Source: Deinococcus sp.
GTDB lineage: Bacteria > Deinococcota > Deinococci > Deinococcales > Deinococcaceae
NCBI GenBank assembly: GCA_965261005.1
Contig: OZ253375.1
Location: 1,952,001-2,016,000 of the forward strand
Length of the DNA stretch: 64,000 nucleotides
Direction of reading: 5' to 3'
Part shown: positions 46,255 through 61,855 of the stretch, piece after piece
Numbering within the stretch: the stretch's first letter is position 1
Layout: every line of letters begins with the position of its first letter
Program-made: the position numbers and the translations under genes
The notes under the pieces: model-generated
Told to the model about the DNA's origin: nothing
What the model saw: only the letters and a program-made list of their open reading frames with translations
Databases searched by the model: none

Positions 46255-46704
46255 TTAGGCTGGTCCCGCCTTGCCGCGCACCTGGTTCTTGAGCCGGTGC
46301 AAGATGGCGCCCATGCCGCGCAGCCGCATGGGCGTGATCAGCTCGGAGAGGCCCATGTCGTTGTAGAAGTCGTCGGGCAAGCTGAGGATCTGCTCGGGGG
46401 TGGCGTCGGCGAGGCCCTCGGTCAGGATGCCGGCGTAGCCGCGCACGGTGGGCGCCTCGGGCGGCACCTGGAAGTACATGCCGACGTGCTGGCCCTCCAC
46501 CTCGGTCACCAGGAAAAAGGGCGAGCTGCACTCGGGCACGCTTTCGAGCAGCTCGGGATGGTCTTGGTAGCGCCCCGGCAAGGCGGGCAGCTTGCGGCTG
46601 TACTCCAGCAAGGCTTGCAGCCGCAACGACTTGGGGGCCGCGCGGAACATCGTCACGATGTCTTGCAGCTTGCTGGGCAAGGCGGGTTCGGTCATGCCCA
46701 TCAC
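46255..46704 (-). CDS. sufE: SufE family sulfur acceptor
   Basis: VPECSSP, PEAPTVRG, ITPMRLRG. Confidence 0.85.
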   Translation of the reverse strand: MMGMTEPALPSKLQDIVTMFRAAPKSLRLQALLEYSRKLPALPGRYQDHPELLESVPECSSPFFLVTEVEGQHVGMYFQVPPEAPTVRGYAGILTEGLADATPEQILSLPDDFYNDMGLSELITPMRLRGMGAILHRLKNQVRGKAGPA

Positions 46705-46801
46705 GGTAGCGCGGCGCGCGGGGCGCGTATGGTGTCCAAGGTTTAATTGACGAAATCGGTCAACTATAAGACGTCAGGCTATAAGATATCTGGAGGCGAA
46801 C

Positions 46802-47662
<861 letters not shown>

Positions 47663-47751
47663 AGGTGAGGGCGTCCGGGAGGGCGCCCTTTTTAAATCCT
47701 CCTTGAGCCGCCGCCGACCCGCCCGAGACCGTTTCAGCTTTTGATGGGTGC

Positions 47752-47958
47752 ATGAGCGACGACGAGTCCATTTGGCGTGACGGCGGTTCCGGCGACTTTC
47801 GCGGCGAGGGCGTTCGCATTGACCCGACCTTGCCGCCCATGACCCCGGCGGGCGGCAGGGCCGCTTCTGACGGCGTGCCCAGCGAGGAAACGGACCAGCG
47901 CGAGGCGGTGCGCGAATTGAACGAGGCGGAGGGGCGCGGCCTCAGCGAGGAGTCGTAG
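47752..47958 (+). CDS. small acidic hypothetical protein
   Basis: 68-aa ORF with host-like codon usage. Confidence 0.45.
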   Translation: MSDDESIWRDGGSGDFRGEGVRIDPTLPPMTPAGGRAASDGVPSEETDQREAVRELNEAEGRGLSEES

Positions 47959-49630
47959 ATTCCAGCAAACCGCTCCCCAGCACGATGTCCAGCGACAGCG
48001 TCTGGTAGCCGTGCCCCTTGAACAGCACCGTGATCTTGCCCTCCTCCAGGTGGACGACCTGCCCGTCGCCCAGGCTGGCGTGGCGCACCGCCTCGCCCAC
48101 CGCGAAGGGAGCGCCCTGCGTGGGCGCGGCGACCTTGCCCGCGCGGCAGTTATCGCACCGTCCGCACGGCGGCGTGTAAGCCTCGCCGAAGTAGCCCAGC
48201 AGGTACTCGCGCCGGCAGCCTCCGGTGGTCGCGTAGCCCAGCATCATCTCCACCCGGCTGCGCTCGTACTCGTGGCGCCGCTCTTGCACCACCGCCGCCT
48301 CGCGCGCCACCCGCTCCACATCGGACACATCGAGTTGGGAACGCAGCTTGACGCGCCCGCCCCTCAGCGTGCGCGCGGCCTTTACCTCTTCTAAGTGGGC
48401 CAGCGCCGCCGTGAAGCGGGTCTCGGTCAGGCCGCTGGTTTCGCGCAAATCTCCCGCCTGCACCGCGCGGTTCGCCACCGCCAGCAGGCGCAGCAGTTGC
48501 ATCAAGTCTTCCAGGGAGACGGGCGTCCCGCCCGCAAAAAAGCGCCGCAGCCGCGTGTCGGCCCTTTGAAAAAAGAGCCGTGCCTCGGCCGGATCAAAGT
48601 CGCGGCCCGCCCGGCCGATCTCCTGATAGTAGGCGTCAGGGGAGCCGGGCAAGTCGGCGTGCGCCACGAAGCGCACGTCCGGCTTGTCTATGCCCATGCC
48701 GAAGGCCGTGGTGGCGACCACCACCTCCAGTTCGCCGGCCATCCAAGCTCGCTGCACGGTTTCGCGCGCCTTGGGACGCAAACCGGCGTGGTAGGCGGCG
48801 ACCGTCAGCCCCTGAGCGTTCAGCTCCAAACTCAACCCCTCGGCCTTTTTGCGCGTTGCGGCGTAGATCAGGCCCGGCTTGGGAGCGGTGAGCGTGTAAT
48901 CGAGCAGCGCCCGGCGCCGCTCACCCGCGTTCTCGAACTGTTGCGCGGCGAGGTCGAGGTTGGGGCGGTCGAAGCCGCGCACCACCATCCGTGCGGCGCG
49001 CCCGCCCGATGTGTGCATGCCCAGCCGCGCCAGAATCTCGGCGCGCACCGGGGGGGCCGCCGTGGCGGTCAAGGCCAGAATGGTGGGCCGCCCCAGCGCG
49101 CGGGCGGCCTCGCCCAACTTCAGATACTCGGGCCGGAAGTCGAAGCCCCACTCGCTGACGCAGTGGGCCTCGTCCACGGTCAGCAGCGCGGGCCTGTTCG
49201 TTCGCAGGCGGTCCAGCACGGCCTCGTTCGTGAGCTGTTCGGGCGACAGCAGCAGGAACTTGAGCTGGCCTGCCCCGTAGGCGCGCAAGGTCTCCTCGCG
49301 CTCGGCGGCGGAGAGGGTGGAGTTGAGCGCGCTGGCCGGCCCGGCGCCGAGATCGCGCAGCGCCTGCACCTGGTCGCGCTGCAAGGCGATCAGCGGCGAG
49401 ACCACCAGGGTCGGCCCGGCGAGCGCCAGGCCCGCGATTTGGTAGATGGCGGACTTGCCCGCCCCGGTGGGCATCACGGCCAGGGTGTCGTGGCCGGCAA
49501 ATACAGCCTGGACGGCCTCTTGCTGACCTTCACGCAGCCGAGAGAAGCCGAAAACGGTTTTGGCGAGCTGGCGCGCACGCCGGGCCGCCGAGCGCTCTGA
49601 CATGGGGCGTTCAGGTAGGGATGTGGTCAT
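47942..49630 (-). CDS. RecQ-family helicase (no HRDC evident)
   Basis: MPTGAGKS, DEAHCVSEWG.DFRP, AFGMGIDK, QEIGRAGRD, CRR..CGRCDNC. Confidence 0.88.
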   Translation of the reverse strand: MTTSLPERPMSERSAARRARQLAKTVFGFSRLREGQQEAVQAVFAGHDTLAVMPTGAGKSAIYQIAGLALAGPTLVVSPLIALQRDQVQALRDLGAGPASALNSTLSAAEREETLRAYGAGQLKFLLLSPEQLTNEAVLDRLRTNRPALLTVDEAHCVSEWGFDFRPEYLKLGEAARALGRPTILALTATAAPPVRAEILARLGMHTSGGRAARMVVRGFDRPNLDLAAQQFENAGERRRALLDYTLTAPKPGLIYAATRKKAEGLSLELNAQGLTVAAYHAGLRPKARETVQRAWMAGELEVVVATTAFGMGIDKPDVRFVAHADLPGSPDAYYQEIGRAGRDFDPAEARLFFQRADTRLRRFFAGGTPVSLEDLMQLLRLLAVANRAVQAGDLRETSGLTETRFTAALAHLEEVKAARTLRGGRVKLRSQLDVSDVERVAREAAVVQERRHEYERSRVEMMLGYATTGGCRREYLLGYFGEAYTPPCGRCDNCRAGKVAAPTQGAPFAVGEAVRHASLGDGQVVHLEEGKITVLFKGHGYQTLSLDIVLGSGLLESTTPR

Positions 49631-49795
49631 GGTGAGGGGACGGGGCAGCCCAAAAAAGCGGCTCCTGGCGCCACGCCCAGGATGCCGCGCGCCCCTGCGG
49701 CCCGTCACAAAATTGACCTAACGCGCGTTCATCCCTGGCCGCCCTGAACAGATCGGAGGGGAAGGCCGTTCGCCTTCCCCTCCGATGACGGCCGT

Positions 49796-49978
49796 TTACA
49801 GCGGCGACGGCATGGGCACCGGGTCGGGCATCCTGGGGGTGTCCGGCAGCGGCTCAGGGTCTGGCATGCCGGGGGTGTCGGGATTGGTGGGCGGGTCCTG
49901 AATGGGCACCGGGCGCTCCAGGGGCGGCATGCGCTCGGGCATCTGCGGGGTGTCCGGCTGTTCTCCGGGCTGGGTCAT
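49796..49978 (-). CDS. small proline-rich protein
   Basis: AGGAGG SD; repeated DTP.MP units; downstream hairpin. Confidence 0.55.
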   Translation of the reverse strand: MTQPGEQPDTPQMPERMPPLERPVPIQDPPTNPDTPGMPDPEPLPDTPRMPDPVPMPSPL

Positions 49979-50135
49979 AAGGGCCTCCTGTGCAGCGAGT
50001 ATCGCCCCGGCGCGCTCACCTTAAGCCAAAAAAGGCTGAAGGCCGCTTGAGACAGGTCTTCAGGCGATACGGATTTCGAAACGCTGAGGAACCCGCAGAG
50101 GGCCGTATCTTTTTCCCATCCGCTTGTATGTTGGT

Positions 50136-51330
<1,195 letters not shown>

Positions 51331-51595
51331 GCTGCCCGCTCTCCAAGGGAGCGTTCAGCGTACCGAGACGCCCGCTGCACAGCAGCGAGCGGCGCAGTAC
51401 GCTGAACGTGACCAACCTCGTGCTGCCTGTGGGCGGCCTTGGAGACGCCTCGCGTACTTCCTCAGAGGTTGGTCCCCTCTTGACAAGAGACACCGTTGCT
51501 CCGCTAGAAACTCAGTCAACTTTGTTGACTGAGTTTCCAGAATCCGTATGAATTTGCGGTTTGAGGCGCGGCGGCCCCGCCCTTATTATCCTGGC

Positions 51596-52753
51596 TCAGC
51601 GGCGGCCGAACTGGGTGCTGCTGGCGCTGGGCGCCGGCGCCGGCGCCGGCGCGGCCGGCCGGGGTTGCGCCGCCGACCCGAGGGCGCTTTCGCTCGCCAG
51701 GCGCGCGAACTCCTTGGCGTCCACGGCCCGCTCCACGCCGGTGTCGTAGCTGATGGTGCGGCGGCGGTAGAGGTTCGCCAAAAAGGCGTCCATGGTGATC
51801 ATGCCTGCCTGCGCGCTGGTCTGCATCACGCTGGTGATTTGGTAGGTCTTGCCTTCGCGGATCAGGGCGCGCACGGCCGGGTTGGCGATCAGGATTTCGT
51901 AGGCCAGCACGCGCCCCTCGCGGTCGGCCCTGGGCAGCAGCTGCTGGGTCATGACCGCGACCAGGTTGTTGGCGAGCTGCACCCGGATCTGGGCTTGCTG
52001 CTCTTCCGGGAACACGTCCACGATGCGGTCGATGCTTTCGGGCGCGCTGTTGGTGTGCAGGGTGCCCATCACCAGGTGGCCGGTCTCGGCGGCGGTCACG
52101 GCGGCCTTGATGGTCTCGTAGTCGCGCATCTCGCCCACCAGGATCACGTCGGGCGCTTGGCGAAGAACCGCGCGCAGGGCGTTGTCAAAGCTCCAGGTGT
52201 CGGCCCCGACCTCGCGCTGATTGATGATGGAGGCTTTGTGTTGATGCATGAACTCGATGGGGTCCTCGATGGTCATGATGTGCATCTTCTTGTTGGCGTT
52301 GATGTAGTCGAGCATGGCCGCCAAGGTGGTGGACTTGCCCGAGCCGGTCGGCCCGGTCACGAGCACCAGGCCGCGCGGCGCGTCGGCGATCTGGACCACG
52401 GTGCTGGGCAGGCCCAGGTCCCCGACGCTCTTGATGTTGGTGGGAATCAGGCGCATCACGCCGCCCACCGCGCCGCGCTGCACAAAGGCGTTGACCCGGA
52501 AGCGCGCCCGCTCGCCCAGGGCGAACGAGAAGTCCAGCTCGCGCTTCTCCTCAAAGGTGCGCTGCTGCTTTTCGTTCATCATGCTGTACATCAGTTTGCG
52601 GGTGTCGGTCGGCTCCAAGGCGCCGAGGTCGAAGGTGGTGTACTCGCCGTGAATCTTGAACTGCGGGCTGAGGCCCGCTGTCAGAATCACGTCCGAGGCG
52701 TTCTTGTCGGTCGCGATGCGCAGGATGTCGGTGATGTCGCTGGGGGTGTGCAT
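51596..52753 (-). CDS. pilT: type IV pilus retraction ATPase
   Basis: GPTGSGKSTT, QREVG.D, AETGHLV, ALIRE.K. Confidence 0.92.
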   Translation of the reverse strand: MHTPSDITDILRIATDKNASDVILTAGLSPQFKIHGEYTTFDLGALEPTDTRKLMYSMMNEKQQRTFEEKRELDFSFALGERARFRVNAFVQRGAVGGVMRLIPTNIKSVGDLGLPSTVVQIADAPRGLVLVTGPTGSGKSTTLAAMLDYINANKKMHIMTIEDPIEFMHQHKASIINQREVGADTWSFDNALRAVLRQAPDVILVGEMRDYETIKAAVTAAETGHLVMGTLHTNSAPESIDRIVDVFPEEQQAQIRVQLANNLVAVMTQQLLPRADREGRVLAYEILIANPAVRALIREGKTYQITSVMQTSAQAGMITMDAFLANLYRRRTISYDTGVERAVDAKEFARLASESALGSAAQPRPAAPAPAPAPSASSTQFGRR

Positions 52754-52816
52754 GAAAGGCTCCTTATCAACGGGTCGAGGTAAATGGGGTCGAGATGAAT
52801 GGGGTCGGGGACCGGG

Positions 52817-55460
<2,644 letters not shown>

Positions 55461-55480
<20 letters not shown>

Positions 55481-56030
55481 ATTGACCTCCTAAAAAGAGC
55501 GGGTGGGCGAAGTGGTCCGGTTCGTCGCGTCCTGACCTCTGATGAAGGCCGTAGCGCCGCAACACCAATTGCTCTAGGCGCCGGGCCGCCTGGGTGTGCG
55601 GCAGGGCGTTGCCGCCGACGGGGTCCACCATAATGGTGAACATGCCGACCAAGTTGCCGCCCAACACGTCGGTGAACAGTTGGTCGCCGGCCATGGCGAC
55701 GTGCTGGGGAGCGAGGCCCAACCGCCGCGCCGCCCGCCGGAAGGTGCCGGGCAGCGGCTTGCTGGCCAGGCCCACCCCGGCGAAGCCCAGCTTCTGGGTC
55801 CAAAAGCGCACCCGGCCGTGGGCGGCGTTGGACAGCAGCGCCAGCTTGACGCCCGCAAGCAGCAGGTCTGCCGCCCAGCGCTGCACCTCCTCGGCCGGCG
55901 CGTAGGACCCGTAGGGCACCAGCGTGCTGTCGAGGTCCAGCAGCAGACCGGACAAGTCGTGCGCGCGCAGCAAATCCGGCGTGATCTCGGTGACGCGCGC
56001 TAGGATCAGTTTTGGTCGCAACAGGCTCAC
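55461..56030 (-). CDS. YqeG-like HAD IIIA phosphatase
   Basis: DLDSTL, LSN, KP, GDQLFTDV.GG. Confidence 0.85.
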
Positions 56031-56153
56031 GGTCCGTTTTTCCCGGCTGTTTTGATCGAGTCTTCATTCATGACGCGCGCCCCATCTCGCCAGTGTAGCG
56101 CTCACCCTCTTGCAAGCTTCTGACACGGCCGGCAAATGCTCTAGATTGCCCGC

Positions 56154-56939
56154 ATGATCCAGATTGACTTGACCGGCAAGACCGCCCTGGTGCTGGGCGT
56201 GACCAACGCGCGCAGCCTCGGCTGGGCCATCGGCGAGCAGCTGCTCAGGGCGGGCGCCCGCGCCGGCTTCGCTTACCAGGGAGAGCGTTTAAGGGGTGAC
56301 TTGGAGAAGTTGACGGCCCCCTATGAGGGCGCCTGGACCGAGCAATGTGACGTGACGGTGGAGGCCGATTTGGAGCGGCTCTTTTCACGCGTGAGGAGCG
56401 AGTTCGGGCACCTCGACATGATCGTCCACTCGGTCGCCTACGCGCCGAGGGGCGCGATGGACGGCCGCTTTATCGAGACCACCCCGCAGGACTGGAACAC
56501 CGCCTTGTCGGTCAGCGCCTACAGCTTGGTCTCGGTCGCGCGCCACGCGGAGCCGCTGCTGCGTGAGGGCGGCAGCGTCGTGACGTTGACCTACTACGCC
56601 TCGCAAAAGGTGGTGCCCAAGTACAACGTGATGGGTGTCGCCAAGGCGGCCTTAGAGGCCAGCACGCGCTACCTGGCCTACGAATTAGGGAAGGGGGGCG
56701 TGCGCGTCAACGCCATCAGCGCCGGCCCCATGCGCACGGTGGCCGCGCGCAGCATTCCCGGCTTCGGCAGCATGTACGAGAAGGCGGCCGGCATGGCCAT
56801 GCTCGGCCGCAACGCCACCCAGGAGGAGGTGGGCAAGCTGGGCCTGTTCCTCTTGTCCGATCTCGCCAGCGGCATCACCGGCGAGGTGACCTACGTGGAC
56901 GCCGGCTACAACGCGATGGGCATGCAGCTGGAGGGGTAG
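56154..56939 (+). CDS. fabI: enoyl-ACP reductase
   Basis: SAYS, YNVMGVAKAALE, ISAGP.RT. Confidence 0.95.
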   Translation: MIQIDLTGKTALVLGVTNARSLGWAIGEQLLRAGARAGFAYQGERLRGDLEKLTAPYEGAWTEQCDVTVEADLERLFSRVRSEFGHLDMIVHSVAYAPRGAMDGRFIETTPQDWNTALSVSAYSLVSVARHAEPLLREGGSVVTLTYYASQKVVPKYNVMGVAKAALEASTRYLAYELGKGGVRVNAISAGPMRTVAARSIPGFGSMYEKAAGMAMLGRNATQEEVGKLGLFLLSDLASGITGEVTYVDAGYNAMGMQLEG

Positions 56940-57008
56940 AACAGATCTTAAGCTGTCTATCATCTGCCGGACTTGATTACGTCCTAAGCTAACTTTGGAG
57001 GACATGTT

Positions 57009-57392
57009 ATGGCACTCAAAGACTTGCAGCAGAACGAGATGATGGCCCACCTGCTCGACGGCCTGAAGCACAAGCGCGACATCGGTCACTACGGCCGCTT
57101 GGTATTCGCCATCGTGGCGCGGCACTTCGTGGACGAAGACGAGTTGGTGAAGCTGCTGGCCCAGGACAAGGACTTTTCCAAGGAGCAGGCGAGCGGCTTG
57201 GTGCAGCAGGTGCAGCAGGCCGACTACAACCCGCCGCGCCGCGAAAAGATCATGGAGTACATGCAGAAGCAGGACTTCCCGATTCTGCCCAACGCCGACG
57301 ACCCCGACGCCGGCAACGTGTACCGCGACTTGGAGTTTCCCGAGAGCGTCTACCAGCACATCAGCGAGTACCACCAGCAAAAGGCGGGCTGA
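57009..57392 (+). CDS. hypothetical protein
   Basis: GGAG SD; host-like codon usage; terminator follows. Confidence 0.75.
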   Translation: MALKDLQQNEMMAHLLDGLKHKRDIGHYGRLVFAIVARHFVDEDELVKLLAQDKDFSKEQASGLVQQVQQADYNPPRREKIMEYMQKQDFPILPNADDPDAGNVYRDLEFPESVYQHISEYHQQKAG

Positions 57393-57399
57393 AGCCCGC

Positions 57400-57435
57400 G
57401 AGGCGGCGCCCCACCAGTTGGTGGGGCGCCGCCTT
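57400..57435. terminator. GC-rich hairpin
   Basis: aggcggcgccccacca-gt-tggtggggcgccgcct. Confidence 0.65.
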
Positions 57436-57528
57436 CCAAATCGGCTTTTGGTAAAGGCGTGAAGTGGGCCTTGGGTTTTCCTTCAGCCATCCAAACCGGC
57501 TTCACCCGCTTGGACCTACACTGCGTCC

Positions 57529-58224
57529 ATGCTGCCGCCCGCCTTTGTCGTCCGGCACCGCCATTGGTTGGCCGCGCTGATTTTCGTGCTGATCCCGCTG
57601 GTGGGCTTCGGCAACATCGCCGAGGACGTCTACGAGCGCGAGGCTTTTGCGTGGGAAAAGCCGGTGATTCTGGCGATTCACTCGCTTCAGTCGCGCGGCC
57701 TGACCGACTTTTTCTACGGCTTGAGCGTGGTGGGCGGGGCCGCCTGGGGCTGGGTTCTGCCGCTCTTGCTGCTGCTGCTGGCGTGGCGCGTGTCCAGGGC
57801 GTCGGCGGTCTTCTTCCTGCTGGCGGTGGGCGGCTCGACCCTGCTGAACGTGGGCCTCAAGCTGTTTTTTCACCGCGATCGGCCGACTGTTCTGATTCAC
57901 CTGTGGCAAACCAATGACTATTCGTTTCCCAGCGGCCACGCCATGCTGGCCGCCGCCATCGTCGCCGCTTGCGCCGCCCTGCTGTGGCGCACCCGCTTTC
58001 GCGCGCCCACTTTGGTGCTGGGCGGGCTGTACGCCGCCCTGATGGACGTGGCGCGGGTGTACCTGGGCGTTCACTACCCGACCGACGTGCTGGCGGGCAC
58101 CGCCCTGAGCGTTGCCTGGGTGTCGGCTTTGGCGCTGCTGTTCTGGCCGCTGCTGCACCGGGCGCAGCGGCACGTGCGCGGGGTGGAAAGGCAAAAAGGC
58201 GAACAGCGCCTTTCCGGCGATTAG
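57529..58224 (+). CDS. PAP2 family phosphatase
   Basis: K..F.R.RP, SFPSGH, RVYLGVHYPTDV. Confidence 0.9.
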   Translation: MLPPAFVVRHRHWLAALIFVLIPLVGFGNIAEDVYEREAFAWEKPVILAIHSLQSRGLTDFFYGLSVVGGAAWGWVLPLLLLLLAWRVSRASAVFFLLAVGGSTLLNVGLKLFFHRDRPTVLIHLWQTNDYSFPSGHAMLAAAIVAACAALLWRTRFRAPTLVLGGLYAALMDVARVYLGVHYPTDVLAGTALSVAWVSALALLFWPLLHRAQRHVRGVERQKGEQRLSGD

Positions 58225-58443
58225 AGCATTTGTCAATTCTATTGCGCGCTTCCGGCTTCGCGTCTTCTTGGCCAAAACAGCGCCCATGAGGACGCTTGGC
58301 CGCTTGGGCAGAACGGCACCTATCGGGCCTGCCCGCCTCCACCGCTCCATGCCATTGACACATGCTCTCCCCTTGTTACTCGTTCCACTCGGGAAGTATT
58401 GAGAAGGGCGCTCAATGCTTCCGACAAATGCTCTAGCCTTGGG

Positions 58444-59274
<831 letters not shown>

Positions 59275-59287
59275 CGAAGCACCTCGT

Positions 59288-59923
59288 TCATTGCAAGACC
59301 TCGCGCATGTCGCGCGCCACCTTGTCCACCTGCGACAGCTGGGTGTAGTCGTACAGCACGCGCAGCCGCCCCCCCGGGTCGATCAGGGAGGTGGCGGCGG
59401 TGTGGTTGATCTGGTAGTCATTCGGGCCGCGCACGCTGACCTTTTGGTAGCCCACCCCGTAGCTCCCCGCGACCTCGCTCAGGGCGGGTTCGGGCACATT
59501 CAGGCCGGTCACGCCGGGACCGAAAAAGCCGACGTAGTCCTTCAGCTTCGCCGGCGTGTCGCGCGCCGGGTCGAGGCTCACGAAGACGATTTGGACGTTT
59601 TGACGCTGTCCCTCGGGCAAAGCCGCGCGGGCTTTTTGCAGGTAGTGCATGGTCAGCGGGCAGATGTCGGGGCAGTGGGTGAAGCCGAAGAACAGCGCCA
59701 CCTCCCGCCCGCGCAGCGAGGCCAGCGAAAAGGGCCGCCCGTCCTGGTCGGTCGCGCTCAGGGCCGGGGCCGTGGGGCGGGCGTCGTAGACTGTGCCGTA
59801 GTAAGCGAAGTTGCTCTTCAGGCGGGCGTAGAGCCATACCCCGCCCAGCAAGGCGGCCACCGCCAAAAGGGCGCGGGTCAGGCCGCGCGCCCAATCGGGG
59901 GCGCGCTTGCGGGCGACGCTCAC
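59288..59923 (-). CDS. SCO family copper chaperone
   Basis: FGFTHCPDICP, DPARD, INH. Confidence 0.9.
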   Translation of the reverse strand: MSVARKRAPDWARGLTRALLAVAALLGGVWLYARLKSNFAYYGTVYDARPTAPALSATDQDGRPFSLASLRGREVALFFGFTHCPDICPLTMHYLQKARAALPEGQRQNVQIVFVSLDPARDTPAKLKDYVGFFGPGVTGLNVPEPALSEVAGSYGVGYQKVSVRGPNDYQINHTAATSLIDPGGRLRVLYDYTQLSQVDKVARDMREVLQ

Positions 59924-59991
59924 GGCGAAATCACGCCTCAACATAACGCCCGAAAACGGGTACAAACGCCCCCCAACAGGTAACATGCCGT

Positions 59992-60234
59992 ATGAGCATT
60001 CGCCTGCGCTGCCCGAACGTCGGTTTGACCGAGGGGGTCACCGCGACCGTCGTGGAAAGCGCCGTGGACTTGCTGCGCCCCGGCGACCACGTCACCTTTC
60101 GCGCCGACGAGGGCCGCACCGACCTCGGCACCCTCAACTTCGAGGGCAACGCCTACCGGGTGGGCAACATTCACTTCCTGGCCGACCTGAGCGCCGAGCG
60201 CTTCGTGCTGGTGGAGTGCGAGCTGGCGGACTAA
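59992..60234 (+). CDS. small hypothetical protein
   Basis: 80-aa ORF with host-like codon usage. Confidence 0.55.
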   Translation: MSIRLRCPNVGLTEGVTATVVESAVDLLRPGDHVTFRADEGRTDLGTLNFEGNAYRVGNIHFLADLSAERFVLVECELAD

Positions 60235-60271
60235 AAACCCCCCAGTTTTCACGCTAGCCTTGGTCCCAAGC

Positions 60272-61078
60272 ATGCCGCCCGCCCCCCAACTCGACCCAAA
60301 AAAGGTGCGCGCCCAGCTGCACCGCGAGCGCTGGCGGCTGCTGCGCCGCCTTGACCGCCTGACCGATCCCTACATGGTGGTGCTCTCCTTTGTGTGGCTG
60401 GGCCTGCTGATCTACGATCTGACCCTGGGCCTCAGCCCCGCCCTCCAACTGCTGAGCAACGTCATCTGGGTGCTGTTCATCCTGGACTTTCTGCTCTCGT
60501 TCACCTTGGCGCCCGACAAGTGGCGCTACCTGAGACAGAACTGGCTGACAGCCCTCTCGCTGCTGTTGCCCGCCCTGCGGGTACTCAGGGTGTTCCGCGT
60601 CTTCCGGGCGCTGCGCTTTCTGCGTGCGGCGCGCCCGCTCAATTTGCTGCGGCTTCTCACCAGCCTGAACCGGGGCTTCCGGGCGCTGGGCCGCGCGGTG
60701 CGGCGGCGCGGCCTCGTCTACGTCGTGCTGCTGACGGCCATCGTGACCTTCGCGGGCGCGGCGGGCATGTTCGCCTTCGAGGAGAACGGCTTTCACAGCT
60801 ACTGGGACGCCTTGTGGTGGACCGCCATGCTGATGACCACCCTCGGTGGCGCCTACAGCCCCGTCACGCCCGAGGGGCGCTTTCTGACCTTTGTGCTGGC
60901 GGTGTACGCCTTCGCCATCTTCGGCTACATCACGGCGGCCATCGCCAGCTTGTTCGTCGGGCAAGACCAAGAGGAGCGCCGGGAAGCGGGCGCCGGGGAG
61001 CAGCTGAGCGCCGAGATCGCGGCGCTGCGGCGGGAATTGGCAGTCTGGCGCGCGGACAATTCACCTGAGCGCGAGTAG
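60272..61078 (+). CDS. 6-TM voltage-gated-like ion channel
   Basis: S4 LRVLRVFRVFRALR; pore helix YWDALWW..MTT. Confidence 0.8.
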   Translation: MPPAPQLDPKKVRAQLHRERWRLLRRLDRLTDPYMVVLSFVWLGLLIYDLTLGLSPALQLLSNVIWVLFILDFLLSFTLAPDKWRYLRQNWLTALSLLLPALRVLRVFRVFRALRFLRAARPLNLLRLLTSLNRGFRALGRAVRRRGLVYVVLLTAIVTFAGAAGMFAFEENGFHSYWDALWWTAMLMTTLGGAYSPVTPEGRFLTFVLAVYAFAIFGYITAAIASLFVGQDQEERREAGAGEQLSAEIAALRRELAVWRADNSPERE

Positions 61079-61138
61079 ATGGTCAGAAGCCCGTCACGCC
61101 GGTGTTTCTACACTGCTGAAGAACTACAGGAGGTTCTC

Positions 61139-61717
61139 TTGCACATTCACCGTCTTTTTCCCCTGTTGCTGGCCCTCGCCCTCGGTCCCGCCTTGGCCGA
61201 CGGCGCGGCGCCGAGCAGCTTCGGCAACCTGAGCAGCGTCAAGAACGCCCTGCCCGCCGGCGCCACGCTGACCTTGCTGGACGCAAACGATCAACTGGTC
61301 GCCACCTTGGGCAAAGACGGCGCCCTGACCCTCGCGGCCGGGGCCAACCTGAGCGCGGCGACCAAGGTCACAGTCACGGGTGTGGACGGCGCCCAGACCT
61401 ACACGCTGGCCCGTTCGGTCGAAACCGGCCAGGTATTCGTCAACGCTGCGGGTCCGCAAGGCCAAGCGCAGGTGTTGCCGCTGGTGGCCGTGCTGCATCG
61501 TTATGCCGGCCAAGCCGGGCCGCGCGACGACGCACAGGTCAAACCCAAGCCGGAGGCCGCGAACAAGCCCGAAGCGACAGAAAAGCCAGAACGTGCGAAA
61601 AAACCAGAAGCAACTGAGAAACCGGAGACCCAATCCAAACCTGACAAGGTTGACGATCAGGGGGCCGGCCACGGCCAAGCCGGCGGCGAACATGGCAAGG
61701 GCAAGGGCGGCAAGTAA
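61139..61717 (+). CDS. secreted hypothetical protein with KPE repeats
   Basis: AGGAGG + TTG; signal peptide ALA; KPEATEKPE repeats. Confidence 0.65.
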   Translation: MHIHRLFPLLLALALGPALADGAAPSSFGNLSSVKNALPAGATLTLLDANDQLVATLGKDGALTLAAGANLSAATKVTVTGVDGAQTYTLARSVETGQVFVNAAGPQGQAQVLPLVAVLHRYAGQAGPRDDAQVKPKPEAANKPEATEKPERAKKPEATEKPETQSKPDKVDDQGAGHGQAGGEHGKGKGGK

Positions 61718-61855
61718 GGGCGGCAGTTCGTCGAGGGCCGGAGCGTTTGCTCCGGCCCTTTTGAAGTGGTTCTGTAAGCTGAGGCCACCCGGTGCCGGCC
61801 GCTATACTCCTAACGAGCGTTAGATTCTGAACCTAAGCCTCGCACAGGAGGGCAC

